DNA of 64,000 nt from Eledone cirrhosa (Eukaryota). Location of the stretch: assembly GCA_964016885.1 (NCBI GenBank), contig OZ024760.1, forward strand, positions 16,678,001-16,742,000, read 5' to 3'. Positions 1 to 14,649 of the stretch are shown here, piece by piece; within the stretch, counting starts at the first letter, position 1, and every line of letters starts with the position of its first letter. Made by a program: the position numbers and the translations under genes. The notes below the pieces were generated by a model that worked only from the letters and a program-made list of their open reading frames with translations, had not been told where the DNA came from and searched no databases.

Positions 1-190
1 CTATATATACGTATATATATATGTATGTCTATATATATATGCCTATATGTATGTGTGTGGTAAATCCCAAAGGCCAGGTGCCAAATGCTGGAGTTCTGGT
101 TGGAGCAGCCGACACTGAGAACTTCTCATGTTTGGCTCCACAATATTACATTGGTGGAACTGGAAACTGAAGAATTGTGTGAAGATACTA

Positions 191-233
191 ACTACTACTA
201 CTACTACTACTACTGATACTGCTACTACTACTG

Positions 234-265
<32 letters not shown>

Positions 266-449
266 GATACTGCTACTACTACTACTACTACTACTGATAC
301 TGATACTACTACTACTACTGATACTGCTACTACTACTACTACTACTACTGCTACTACTACTACTGATACTACTACTACTACTACTGATACTACTACTACT
401 ACTGATACTACTACTACTACTGCTACTACTACTACTACTACTGATACTG

Positions 450-487
<38 letters not shown>

Positions 488-815
488 GATACTACTACTA
501 CTACTGATACTACTACTACTACTGATACTACTACTACTACTGCTACTACTACTACTACTACTACTGATACTGCTACTACTACTGCTACTACTACTACTAC
601 TACTACTACTGCTACTACTACTACTACTACTGCTACTACTACTACTACTACTACTACTACTGCTACTACTACTACTACTACTAATACTGCTACTACTACT
701 ACTACTACTACTGCTACTACTACTACTGATACTACTACTACTACTACTGATACTACTACTACTACTGATACTACTACTACTACTGCTACTACTACTACTA
801 CTACTACTGATACTG

Positions 816-862
<47 letters not shown>

Positions 863-1145
863 GATACTACTACTACTACTGATACTACTACTACTACTGA
901 TACTACTACTACTACTACTACTACTACTGCTACTACTACTACTGCTACTACTACTACTACTACTACTACTGCTACTACTACTACTACTACTGCTACTACT
1001 ACTACTACTACTAATACTGCTACTACTACTACTACTACTACTGCTACTACTACTACTGATACTACTACTACTACTACTGATACTACTACTACTACTGATA
1101 CTACTACTACTACTGCTACTACTACTACTACTACTACTGATACTG

Positions 1146-1195
<50 letters not shown>

Positions 1196-1250
1196 GATAC
1201 TACTACTGCTACTACTACTGATACTACTACTGCTACTACTACTGATACTG

Positions 1251-1291
<41 letters not shown>

Positions 1292-1485
1292 GATACTACT
1301 ACTACTACTACTACTACTACTGCTGATACTACTACTACTGATACTACCACCACCACCACTACTACAACTACTACTACTACTACCACCACTACTACTATTA
1401 CCACCAACACCACCACCACCACTACCACCACAACAACTACAACAAAAACTACTACTACTGCCACAGTAACAACTACTACTTCAAC
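191..1485. repeat. (ACT)n microsatellite with GAT/GCT variants in recurring blocks
   Basis: Direct reading; source of the poly-T and poly-V ORFs. Confidence 0.95.
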
Positions 1486-1489
1486 TACT

Positions 1490-1830
1490 CCAGTGCATTA
1501 CTGGTACTTTATTTTATCGACCCCGTAAGGACGAAAGGCAAAGTTGACCTCGGCGGGATTTGAACTCAGAGCGTAAAGGGCCGCAACTCCATGCTGCAAA
1601 GCATGGCGTCTGACGCTCTACCGATACTGCCAGTCCACCGTCCTTTTTGTAATTGTTTCTACTTAAGACACAAGGTCAGCAATTTAAAGGAGGGGTGAGG
1701 CAAGTCGATTAAATCGACACAGTACATTACTGGTACTTTATTTATCGACTCTGTAAGGATGAATATAATAATAATTGTTTCTACTTTGGCCACAAGGCCA
1801 GCAATTACCCCCAATGTATTACTGGTACTA
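1490..1830 (-). mobile_element. tRNA-derived SINE family A copies (core GCCTTTCATCCTTACGGGGTCGATAAAATAAAGTACCAG)
   Basis: Minus strand has A-box TGGCAGTATCGGT, B-box GAGTTCAAATCC, a conserved core and (AAT)n tail. The sequence recurs dozens of times in the window. Core resembles the Meta/MESC domain from memory. Confidence 0.88.
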
Positions 1831-1949
1831 ATAATATTGATGATTATAGCGTAAATATAAAAATGAAAGTATGGAAAATAACTAAAAAAAAATGGATGTA
1901 AAAAAGTAGGAAATATAAGTAGTCCTTCAAAAGTGAAAGTGGTTAAATG

Positions 1950-2156
1950 GATTGGAGTGGAGGTGGAGTGAAGGCGGAGTGGAGGTGGAGTAGAGGTGGA
2001 GTGGAGGTGGAGTGAAGGTGGAGTGGAGGTGGAGTGAAGATGGAGTGGAGGTGGAGTGGAAAGTGAGAGTAGAGGTGGAGAGGGAGAGTGAACACATGTA
2101 TAGGTGTGTAGATGTACAGATGTACATATATATATATATATATACATATATACATA

Positions 2157-2209
<53 letters not shown>

Positions 2210-2210
2210 T

Positions 2211-2245
<35 letters not shown>

Positions 2246-2760
2246 GGGTATGCATGTATGTATATATATATATGAGTATTCATCTATGTATGTATATATA
2301 TATATATATATATGGGTATGCATGTATGTATGTATATATATATATGTTTGAGTATGTACAGGTATATCTCTACATAAGTGTGTGTATAAAAAAACAAATG
2401 AGAATAAGTACGTTGAAGCAGAAATAATAGAAAACAGCTAGAGTGGGGTGGGTGGGGGTAGATGGAGGGGTAGTTGGAGGGGTAGGTGGGGGTATATGGA
2501 GGGGTAGTTGGAGGTAGGTGGGGGTAGATGGAGGGGTAGTTGGAGGGGTAGGTGGGGGTATATGGAGGGGTAGTTGGAGGTAGGTGGGGGTAGATGGAGG
2601 GGTAAGGGACAGAGTAGGGGTAGATGGAGGTAGGTGGGGGTAGATGGAGGGGTAAGGGACAGAGTAGGGGTAGATGGAGGAGTAGTTGGAGGTAGGTGGG
2701 GGTAGATGGAGGGGTAAGGGACAGAGTAGGGGTAGTTGGAGAGGGGGAGGGGGGTAATAG
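1950..2760 (+). repeat. G-rich tandem repeats (GGAGGTGGAGT; GGAGGGGTAGTT/GGTAGGTGGGGG) flanking a (TA)n tract
   Basis: Direct reading; G4-G5 runs at 2440-2760 could form G-quadruplexes. Confidence 0.85.
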
Positions 2761-3241
2761 TGAAGAAAGAGAAGAAAAGTGAAAGAGGAATAGATGAAAA
2801 AATGTAAATAAACACAGACACGTGTGTTGATGTGTGTATATATATGTGTGTGTGTGTCTGTGTGTGTATATATATGCATGTGTGAGTGTGTCTGTCTGTG
2901 GGTGTGTGTATGTGTGTATGCATGTGTAGATATGTATGTGTCTGAGAGAGTGTGTGTGTGTGTGTGTGTGTCTGTGTGTGTGTGTGGCTCTGCGTGTGTC
3001 TGTGTATGTGTGTGTGTGTGTGTCTGTGTGTATGTGTGTGTGTCTATGACTGTGTGTCTGTGTGTGGCTGTGTCTGTGTGTCTGTGTGTGTCTGTCTGTG
3101 TGTGTGTGTGTCTGTGTCTGTGTCTGTGTGTGTGTGTGTGTGTGTGTAATACTGGACGTGAGATGTTTTGTTTTCGATAACATAACTGTATGTATGTATG
3201 TGGATATATGTATGTATGTGTATGTGCATGTGTATGTTTAT

Positions 3242-3289
<48 letters not shown>

Positions 3290-3305
3290 GGAGGGTGTAT
3301 GTGTA

Positions 3306-3376
<71 letters not shown>

Positions 3377-3439
3377 GCAACAGTTGCTACCATTATGTTA
3401 TATAAGTCAGAAAGAGAGAAAAGTTTTAAGACAGATTAT

Positions 3440-3473
3440 TTCTCTCTCTCTCTCTCTTCAATCCTTTTATACC

Positions 3474-3523
<50 letters not shown>

Positions 3524-3617
3524 AATCCTTTTATACCACCTCTCTCTCTCTCTCTCTTCAATCCTTTTATACCACCCCCCTCTATCCCTCTCTCTCTCTC
3601 TTCAATCCTTTTATACC

Positions 3618-3659
<42 letters not shown>

Positions 3660-3870
3660 AATCCTTTTATACCACCTCTCTCTCTCTCTCTCTCTCTCTT
3701 CAATCCTTTTATACCACCCCCCTCTATCCCTCTCTCTCTCCCTCTCTCTCTCTCTTCAATCCTTTTATACCACCCCCCTCTATCCCTCTCTCTCTCCCTC
3801 TCTCTCTCTCTTCAATCCTTTTATACCACCCCCCTCTATCTCTCTCTCTCTCCCTCTATCTACCTATCTA
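3440..3870. repeat. Compound minisatellite: TTCAATCCTTTTATACCACC core plus variable (CT)n
   Basis: About 8 identical cores separated by CT tracts. Confidence 0.9.
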
Positions 3871-3911
3871 TACAGTGGATTAATTTTTTCCTCACTTTCG
3901 TTATTTAACTA

Positions 3912-3983
<72 letters not shown>

Positions 3984-4070
3984 AACGTTGCTATTACCCA
4001 CTCTACTACCCTAAGTATTGAGTACTTTGGTGCGTTATGGTCCACCTGGTTCCTTACCACATTTCCTTCG

Positions 4071-4129
<59 letters not shown>

Positions 4130-4132
<3 letters not shown>

Positions 4133-4380
4133 ATGGTCATGTAGTTAGAATGAACAGATTTTACGGGCAAAAACAACCGGCAGGGGACCCAGGAGGGAGC
4201 AGACCCCGAGGAAGGTGGTTTTTGGATAACAACCATGAGCTTGGCTGGGCTCGCTTGGGGATCCAGTCGGATCAACTGGAGACGGTTGCTTCCGACAGGA
4301 CCCGCTGCACTGGAGGAAAGTGTTTCGGGACTCTGCCTCCGCACATTGCCCTTTCAGGAATAAGTGGGAGAAGATGAAGA
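4130..4380 (+). mobile_element. RTE-clade LINE 3' fragment
   Basis: GHVVRM...GSRPRGRW...ASDRTR resembles the RTE C-terminus; related pieces at 33297-33420 (+) and 59320-59400 (-). Confidence 0.7.
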
Positions 4381-4408
4381 CATTACATCCCTCTCTCTAT
4401 ATATATAT

Positions 4409-4536
4409 ATTTCTGAAGACAGCATATATATGTGTAGGTATGCATATTCCCTCTGATAGTTTGTAAAACTTTTACATAGTTCTATATGATATACATACCA
4501 ACACACATATATATATCCTAGAAACGATCGTAAAAA
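4409..4536 (+). ncRNA. Type I hammerhead ribozyme-like motif with long stem II
   Basis: ttt-CTGAAGA-(imperfect long stem)-GAAA-cgatcg-TA-aaa; palindromic helix III, GUA site. Confidence 0.55.
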
Positions 4537-4593
4537 TGATGAATTTTTTAATATAAGGAACTGTTTCTTTGTTTTTATTCATTATTTTTATTA

Positions 4594-4716
<123 letters not shown>

Positions 4717-4725
4717 GGAGGGACC

Positions 4726-4763
4726 GTCCTGACGAAGGCCAGTCAAGCCTGAAAGGCATAGAC
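4726..4763 (+). ncRNA. Minimal hammerhead ribozyme-like motif
   Basis: gtc-CTGACGA-aggc..gcct-GAAA-ggca-TA-gac; helix III is weak. Confidence 0.5.
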
Positions 4764-5312
4764 AGTTGTCCCCCTTGTGTCTGCTGGACACCATCAGAGT
4801 GTGTTAGCCCCGGCGTTTGCATACCTACGGCTTCCTAAAACCGTGTTTCTTTAGAAAGAGGACATTTCTATAGATATTTGTAGAAAGCTATGCTTGAAGC
4901 GAAATTTTATTTCTTATATATATATATATATATATATATAAAAACATGAGAAGAAAGAATACTGCGTGGTTGCACATGGGTTACATATGATAAAAATAGT
5001 CCTTCGTCAGTGATTTTCCAACCTTCATTGGTATTTCATCGCATTAAAAATCATATACCTCCGGTTGGTACGAGCAATAGCTAAATAAAGCTATTGGGAC
5101 AAGTAAATCGCGTAAAGCGGGTGAGACAAGTAAACAACATAGAAGGATGAAAGCAACGCAAAGATAGGAAAAAACAAGCAACATGGTTATCCGGTCAGCA
5201 TAAGCTGGGTGGATTTCATGAGCGAGCGAAATACAGACCGTCCGACGTGAGTGAGATGTGAGCAAGAAGAGAACCCACTACAAGCCAAACGGGAGGAAGT
5301 GAGAAGGGGAGA

Positions 5313-5350
<38 letters not shown>

Positions 5351-5752
5351 TAAAATAACAGATTAAAGTTTGAGCAAAGAATCGCTGCTTTCACCCTTAA
5401 CGGGATCTTCTGAAACTAACAAAGTCAATCTGTAAGAGCAGAACTGGATATTTCAAAAAACGTTGCAACCGGAGGAAGACAGGAAGACGATACTTTGGTT
5501 CGTGGAAACGTTCGCTGGCAAAGAACGGGAAAAAACGAATAATACGTCATTAATAGGAGCGGTGAAAAACAATTACGCGCAAAGACAAAACCACGTTTAT
5601 GGTATAAAAGAGGTCGTAGACTAATATATATATATATATAACTGTTTCTACTTTAGGCACAAGGCCAGCAATTATCCAGTGCATTACTGGTACTTTATTT
5701 TATCGACCCCGTAAGGATGAAAGGCAAAGTCAACCTCGGCGGGATTTGAACT

Positions 5753-5806
<54 letters not shown>

Positions 5807-5809
<3 letters not shown>

Positions 5810-5945
5810 CGAAAGAAATGTGGTAAGGAACCAGGTGGACCATAACGCACCAAACTACTCAATACTTAGGGTAGTAGATTAGTCCATTTAGTCCAGAATT
5901 AGCCGTCGAAACGGCTTGAGCTCAGCCGTTGGGGTCCTACTCGTT

Positions 5946-5949
<4 letters not shown>
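5807..5949 (+). mobile_element. Unclassified short element usually in (TA)n; copies at 3979-4072, 41770-41885, 58099-58270
   Basis: Shared AACGAAGGAAATGTGGTAAGGAACCAGGTGGACCATAACGCACC...CGTTCCTA with differing internal deletions. Confidence 0.75.
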
Positions 5950-5997
<48 letters not shown>

Positions 5998-6176
5998 GCC
6001 AAGTTGGTGTACGGTAGCCCCCAACGTAGTAGTTTAGAAACTGGTGATGAATGAAGACATTGTTGAAATTATTTAGGACAATCTTGATGGAATGGTGAAG
6101 ATGTCACAGCACGGGGATTATGTATGTTTCGGGGTCTGTGAGTCGTTGTTTTATACATCTATATGTGTGTATGTAT

Positions 6177-6210
<34 letters not shown>

Positions 6211-6443
6211 GTATATGTATATATATATGTATATATATGTATATATATATATGTATATATATATGTATGTATATATATGTATATATATATATGTATATAT
6301 ATGTATATATGTATGTATATATATATATGTATATATATGTATGTGAATATATATATATATATATAAGAATAACTTCAAGAAAGATGCTGATATTACACTT
6401 ACATATGTGTGTATATATATATATAGATATATATATGCATAGT

Positions 6444-6517
<74 letters not shown>

Positions 6518-6569
6518 CACACAATTGAATGACAGGAAGAGAGAAAGCAGCAGCTCACAGGATGTCACA

Positions 6570-6601
<32 letters not shown>

Positions 6602-6612
6602 GTCATTTCACT

Positions 6613-6698
<86 letters not shown>

Positions 6699-6779
6699 TA
6701 CACACACATATATATATATATATATACACACACATATATATATATACACATATACACATATATATATATACACATATAT

Positions 6780-6932
<153 letters not shown>

Positions 6933-7340
6933 TATATACAGATATATATATATATACACACACATATATATATACACACACATATATATATATACACACA
7001 CATATATATATATACACACACACATATATATACACACACACACATATATATATATACACACACACACATATATATATATATACACACACACATATGTATA
7101 TATATATATATACACACACATATATATATACACACTCACATATATATATATATATACACACACACATATGTATATAGACGTACATTAATTATACTTCTTA
7201 ATCCAAGCAATACTGAAACTATTCAAAACCTTGTTTCATAGAAAGCGCTTAATATTGGGAACAGATCGTAAACCTTTCCTAGTATATACATCTGTTTAAA
7301 CAATGACTATAATATATACAAATATACATACATTCACACC

Positions 7341-7405
<65 letters not shown>

Positions 7406-7563
7406 TCAAAAGGCAACGAGAAATATGAAGCAGACGATACAGTACAATGAAGACATCTTATTAGTTCTACGCTTGATAAGGAGGAAAAGAGGCTTAACGT
7501 TTCGGACACTAACCCTACATACATACACACACACAGGCACACACACATACACACACACACACT

Positions 7564-7598
<35 letters not shown>

Positions 7599-7652
7599 GT
7601 GTATGTATACATATATATATACATATATATATATATGTGTGTGTATGTATAC

Positions 7653-7687
<35 letters not shown>

Positions 7688-7705
7688 TACATATGTTTAT
7701 ATATG

Positions 7706-7750
<45 letters not shown>

Positions 7751-7752
7751 CC

Positions 7753-7789
<37 letters not shown>

Positions 7790-7850
7790 CATATGTATAT
7801 ATATATATATATATACATACATATGTATATATATTCAAATATATATACAG

Positions 7851-7919
<69 letters not shown>

Positions 7920-8323
7920 GTTGCACATCTCACATGCTACGTCTATCTATTTATTTATTTATTTATAGTCTTAATATTTCTCTCTCTCTCTATCTATCTA
8001 TCTACCTCTCTCTCTTACTCACTCTCTCTCTATCTATCTATCTATCTCTCTATCTATCTCTCTATCTATCTATCTATCTATCTATCTCTCCGGTCTGTTG
8101 AAAGACATCCATTCATACATTTTCCTGTTCATCCACTGTATTCTTATTGGGTTACTTTCATCTTACCAACTGGGCTGTTCTCCAGTCTGTTGTGCAAGCA
8201 GGCATTACAAGTGGAATACCACATTTAGGTGCGAAACTGCACGCCAGCTGGGTGGCTGATGAATTAGCTGTGCAGCTGCTAATTTGCTTTGTGAAACTCT
8301 CTTTCTCTGTGTTTTTTCTGCAC

Positions 8324-8424
<101 letters not shown>

Positions 8425-8448
8425 ATAGATAGTTAGATAGATAGATAG

Positions 8449-8496
<48 letters not shown>

Positions 8497-8590
8497 TTGT
8501 ATATGTATGTATACATATGTATGTATTTATGTGTGTGTATATATACATATATATATATATTTACATTTATATATATATATATATATTTAC

Positions 8591-8635
<45 letters not shown>

Positions 8636-8812
8636 AGAGCTGACTAACACAGTTGCCACCAGAGTGGACATACATGAAGCTGCGAAACATGGTCTCAAAA
8701 TTCTCTCCCACCGAAACCACCATGGAACATGGACGTAAGAACAATGATAAGGATGTTGATCGTGATGTGTGTGTGTATGTGTGTGCGTGTGTGTGAGAGA
8801 GAGAGAGGGAGT

Positions 8813-8891
<79 letters not shown>

Positions 8892-8954
8892 GGAGTGTGT
8901 GTGTGTGTATGTTTGTGTGTTTGTGTGTGTGTGAGAGAGAGAGGGTGTATGTGT

Positions 8955-8989
<35 letters not shown>

Positions 8990-8992
8990 GGC

Positions 8993-9025
<33 letters not shown>

Positions 9026-9198
9026 CGTGTGTGTGTGTGTGTTTGTGTGTGTGTGTGAGAGAGAGGGTGGGTGTGTGGGTGTGTGGGTGTGTGTGTGTCT
9101 GTCTCGCTCTGCAATAGACATCCTACGCTAAACTGCCTTAATCCACTTTATATACCGATCAATATGATCCAGTCAGTGTGTGTATATGTATGTGTAAC

Positions 9199-9264
<66 letters not shown>

Positions 9265-9988
9265 TATATATATACACTCACACACACTCATATATATATA
9301 TGAGTGTGTGTGAGTGTATATATATATATATACAGAACCATGTTACTCTTTATTCTTTCACTATTATATATATATATGAGTGTGTGTGAATCTATGTCTT
9401 CTTCTAAGTGTGTGTGTGTGTTTGAACGTATATGAGTGTTCGTTCGTCTATGTTTGTATGTGTGTGTTTATGTATATGTATGTGTCTGTGTGGCTGTGCC
9501 TGTATGTGTTTGTATGTGTATATGTATATGTATACGTATGTGTCTGTATGTGTGCATGTATCTGTCTGTATGTGACTATATCTGTATATGTATGTGTGTA
9601 TGTGCGTTTATTGTAACGACTTCCTGTTTCTCTGTCAGCAGCCATTTTGTTTTCTGCTACATGTTTGATCAAAAACCAAACAAACCCACCAAACAACCAA
9701 ACAACCAAACAACAAAACAACCAACAGCAGACGATAACAATTAAAAAAACAAGACAACAGCCCGAGAACAACATGGAGAGGCTTGTGTTTGCTATATATT
9801 TGATATATTTTCAAGCGTATATATTTACTCTCTGCTTAAGCTGGATATAATGTGTAGATACATGTTAAATAATCTATCGATTTATTAATATAAGTTTCGT
9901 ATTTTTCCGCCTTCCCTTGTATTCTCGACTTATGTAATCCAGCCATTTTGTTTCAGCAAAAAAATATTCTTAGAGTGATATTCAATGA

Positions 9989-10019
<31 letters not shown>

Positions 10020-10176
10020 GCAGGTGGTGATGATGGTGGTCTTGTTGTTGTTGTGGTGGTGGTGGTGGTTGTGGTGGTGGTTGTGTTGTTGCTGTTGTTG
10101 TTGGTGGTGGTCGTCGTCGTCGTTGTGGTGGTGGTGGTGGTAATAATGGCGGTGGTGGTGGTGATGGTGGTGGTGG

Positions 10177-10207
<31 letters not shown>

Positions 10208-10264
10208 GGTGGTGGTGGTGGTGGTGATGGTCTTGTTGTTGTTGTGGTGGTAATAATGGTGGTG

Positions 10265-10296
<32 letters not shown>

Positions 10297-10861
10297 GGTG
10301 GTGATGGTCTTGTTGTTGTGGTGGTGGTGGTTGTGGTGATGTTGTTATTGTTAGTGGTGGTGGTGGTGGTGGTCTTGTTGTTGTGGTGGTGGTCGTGTTG
10401 TTGCTGTTGTTGTTGGCGGTGGTCGTCGTCGTTGTGTTGTTGGTGGTGGTGGTGGTGGCAATAATGGCGTTGGTGGTGGTGGTAGTGGTGTTGGTGGTGG
10501 TGGTGGTGGTGATGTTGTTGTTGTTGGTGGTGGTGGTGGTAGTGGTGATGGTAGTAGTGGTGGTAGTGGTGTTGTTGTTGTTGTTGTTGGTGGTGGTGGT
10601 AGTGGTGATGGTGGTGGTGGTGATGGTGGTGTTGTTGTTGTTGGTGGTGGTGGTGATAGTGGTGTTGGTGGTGGTGGTGTTGGAGCTGGTGCTTATTGTG
10701 GTGGTTGTGATGGCTTTGGTATTGCTGATAGTTTCGGTGGTGTTGTTTGGTGGTGCTAATAATGGTGATGGTGTTGTTGGTGATTATTCCGATGTGATTA
10801 TTCCAATGTTTACCATAACATTTGTACTCTAAGAAACTGTAAAAGACAAAATGTAGAGACT

Positions 10862-10898
<37 letters not shown>

Positions 10899-11006
10899 TA
10901 ATACATAGAGAGAAAGAGGGAGGGACAGGGTGACACATAGAAAGAAAGAAAGAGAGAGGGATGGTAAGGAGAGAAGTTATGTAAGAGAGAGGTAGAGATT
11001 AACAAT

Positions 11007-11070
<64 letters not shown>

Positions 11071-11157
11071 TCAGGAGAAAGGGAGAGAAAATCAAGAAGA
11101 GAAAGTTAGGTGAAGGAAGTGAGAGAGTGGTGAAATGAGAGATTGAGTGAGAGAGAG

Positions 11158-11249
<92 letters not shown>

Positions 11250-11250
<1 letters not shown>

Positions 11251-11374
11251 GAGATGTAAAGAGAGAGACAGGAAGCTATATATATATAGAGAGAGAGAGA
11301 GATGTAAAGAGAGAGACAGGGAGCTATATATATATATATAAAGAGAGAGAGATGTAAAGAGAGAGACAGGGAGC

Positions 11375-11414
<40 letters not shown>

Positions 11415-11528
11415 TGTAAAGAGAGAGACAGGGAGCTATATATATATATAGAGAGAGAGAGATGTAAAGAGAGAGACAGGGAGCTATATATATATAGAGA
11501 GAGAGATGTAAAGAGAGAGACAGGGAGC

Positions 11529-11566
<38 letters not shown>

Positions 11567-11588
11567 TGTAAAGAGAGAGACAGGGAGC

Positions 11589-11620
<32 letters not shown>

Positions 11621-11798
11621 TGTAAAGAGAGAGACAGGGAGCTATATATATATATAAAGAGAGAGAGAGAGAGATGTAAAGAGAGAGACAGGGAGCTATA
11701 TATATATATAGAGAGAGAGAGATGTAAAGAGAGAGACAGGGAGCTATATATATATATATATATAAAGAGAGAGAGATGTAAAGAGAGAGACAGGGAGC

Positions 11799-11829
<31 letters not shown>

Positions 11830-11830
11830 T
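11250..11830. repeat. Compound minisatellite: GATGTAAAGAGAGAGACAGGGAGC plus variable (TA)n(GA)n
   Basis: About 10 cores with microsatellite linkers. Confidence 0.9.
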
Positions 11831-12694
11831 TACTAAACAGGCAACTTTCCACATTCCTAAATAGTCTTTTAGGAGTTTCTTTTTATCGCTTTTTCCATTT
11901 CTTCTTCACCTCCATAATACTGACATTGCTATATCTAGTGTTGTAGTGGTGGTGGCGGTGGTAGTGTGGTGGTGGTGGTGGTGGTGGTGGTGGTGGTGGT
12001 GGTGGTGGTGGCGGTGGCGGTGGTGGTGGTGGTGGCGGTGGCGGTGGTGGTGGTGGTGGCGGTGGCGGTGGTGGCGGTGGTAGTGGTGGTGTTGTTGGTG
12101 GTGGTGGTGGTGGTGGTGGTGGTGGTGGCGGTGGCGGTGGTGGTGGAGGTAGTGCTGGTGCTGGTGGTGGAGGTGGTGGCGGTGGTAGTGGTGGTGGTGG
12201 TGGTGGTGGTGGCGGTGGTGGTGGTGGTGGTGGTGGTGGTGGTGGTGGTGGTGGCGGTGGTAGTGTGGTGGTGGAGGTGGTGGTGGCGGTGGCGGTGGTG
12301 GTGGAGGTAGTGCTGGTGCTGGTGGTGGAGGTAGTGGTGGTGGTAGTAGTGGTGCGGGTGCTGGTGGTGGCGGTAGTGGTGGTGGTGGTGGTTTTGGTGA
12401 ATATTGGTGGTTGTGGTGGTGGAGGTGGTGATGGTAGTACTGGTGGTGGTGGTGGGGGTAGTGGTGGTGTGTTTTGTTCAGGTAAACATGCTGAGTAATG
12501 GGGATGGTGATGGCGGTGATGGTTTCTTCAGCTAATCTTATAAGAAAAAAGGGAGGAGAAACATACACACAAACACACACACACACACACATACATACAG
12601 ACACACACACACATACATACAGATACACACACACATACTCATATGCATACATACACATGCACACATACAGACATACAAACACACACACACACAG

Positions 12695-12745
<51 letters not shown>

Positions 12746-13024
12746 CACTCACAGATATTTGGTACCGGGAGATTCCTACACAAGGATCTACGTTTAGATT
12801 TACTAGAATATTCTAACTGCACATGTAGAAATACTCTCGCTGATAACAACAACAACAACAGCAACAACAACAACAATAGCAACAACAACAGTAACAACAA
12901 CAGTAACAACAACAGTAACAACAACAACAACAGTAACAACAACAACAACAGCAACAACAACAGCAACAACAACAGCAACAATAGCAGTAACAACAACAAC
13001 AACAATAGCAACAACAACAACAAG

Positions 13025-13890
13025 AAATGTTTTTACTTTTGGCACAAGGCCAGCAATTTGAAGGGAAGGGTGAAAGTCGATTAAATCAACCGCAGTGTGT
13101 TACTGGTACTTTATTTTATCGACCTCGTAAGGATGAAAGGCAAAGCTAACGTCGGCGGCGGGATTTGAACACAGAACGTAAAGGGCCGTCGCTCTATGCC
13201 GTAAAGCATGTTGTCCGGCGTTCAACCCATTCTACTGCCAATCCGCCACCACCATCGCCCCTTCACTTATGATAATAATAATTGTTTCTACTTTTGGCAC
13301 AAGGCCAGCAATTATCACAGTATATTACTGGTACTTTATTTTATCGACCCCGTAAAGATGAAAGTTAACCTCGGCGGGATTTGAACTCAGAATGGCAAGG
13401 GCCGTAACTCTATGCGTCAAAGCATGGCGTCCGACCCTCTACCGATACCGCCAATCCACCGCCGTGTATGATAATAATAATAATAATTGTTTCTATTTTT
13501 GGCACAAGGCCAGCAATTATCCCAGTGTACTTAGTTCAGATGTACTTAGTGTACTTAGTTCAGATGCCAATCGTTCCCTTTTGGGAGCTGACTGGATAAG
13601 GGGGTCCGTTTCACAGTCTGCCATAGTTGTGTGATGATAAGATTTTTCAAACTGGTAAAAGAAGAGGAAAAAGAAATCAGACTTATGTTATTTATAATAA
13701 TAATTGTTTCTACTTTTCGCACAAGGCCAGCAATTATCCCAGTGCATTACTGGTACTTTATTTTATCAACCCCGTAAGGATGAAAGGCAAAGTCAACCTC
13801 GGAGATTTGAACTGAGATCGTAAAGGGACGTAACTCTATGCTGGAAAGCATGTGACGTCCGACCCTCTACCGATACTGCCAACCCACCAT
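13025..13890 (-). mobile_element. Cluster of family A SINE copies surrounding the exon duplicate
   Basis: Copies at about 13025-13250, 13275-13465, 13475-13527 (3' end only) and 13695-13890. Confidence 0.88.
13517..13715 (-). pseudogene. Inverted partial duplicate of SLC18B1 intron end and first coding exon
   Basis: 13551-13715 is the reverse complement of about 56067-56231 with one mismatch seen (AAG>ACG). It keeps the acceptor and ATG (13624) and reads MADCETDPLIQSAPKRERLASELSTLSTSELSTLG*. Confidence 0.9.
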
Positions 13891-14247
13891 AATAATAAAA
13901 GATAAAATTAATACCGTTTTAATATTGTATCGCATTGGAGGGACTATACGTAAAGAACTAATGAAAGCGTCTTAAAATGCTACCCACTCCCCCTCACACC
14001 ACCCCTCCTTAAAAAGTCCTCAATCCACTCAATATCTACAGGATTATGTCATCAGAGGATTAATGTATAATGAAAGCCAATAGAAAAAATAACAAAGCCA
14101 AGACATCTAATTGTCATAAATGTATGGTTTAATAACTTTATCGTATGTATGTACATATATGTATGTATATATGTCTATATATATATATATGGATGTATAT
14201 ATATATATATATGTATGTATATATGCATATATATATATATATGTATG

Positions 14248-14300
<53 letters not shown>

Positions 14301-14333
14301 ATATGCATATATATATATGTATATATATATATG

Positions 14334-14400
<67 letters not shown>

Positions 14401-14501
14401 ATATGCATATATATATATGTATATATATATCTATGTATGTATGTATATATATATATATATATATGCATATATATATATATGTATATATATATATATGTAT
14501 G

Positions 14502-14541
<40 letters not shown>

Positions 14542-14616
14542 TTTATCCCGGGTTCAATCAGGGGGTAACCACAGTAAGTAATGTACTCAATACAAAGCAG
14601 AGTATAAATATTTATA

Positions 14617-14649
<33 letters not shown>

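Noticed and set aside
128-1528. 466-aa poly-Thr mucin or antifreeze-like ORF
   Set aside because: Pure (ACT)n microsatellite with almost no synonymous variation, no signal peptide, and it ends in a SINE.
9618-9652. ETS (ACTTCCTG) plus YY1-like (GCCATTTTG) promoter or start MAADRETGS
   Set aside because: Short motifs expected by chance; no donor or recognisable protein follows.
11250-11830. CRISPR-like constant repeat with variable spacers (also 3440-3870)
   Set aside because: Spacers are only microsatellites of variable length; eukaryotic context and no cas genes.
9930-12540. His/Gln/Pro/Thr-rich minus-strand coding exons (formin- or extensin-like)
   Set aside because: CAC/CCA/AAC repeats are stop-free by composition; no domain or consistent phase. 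Kept only as weak support for a minus-strand transcript.
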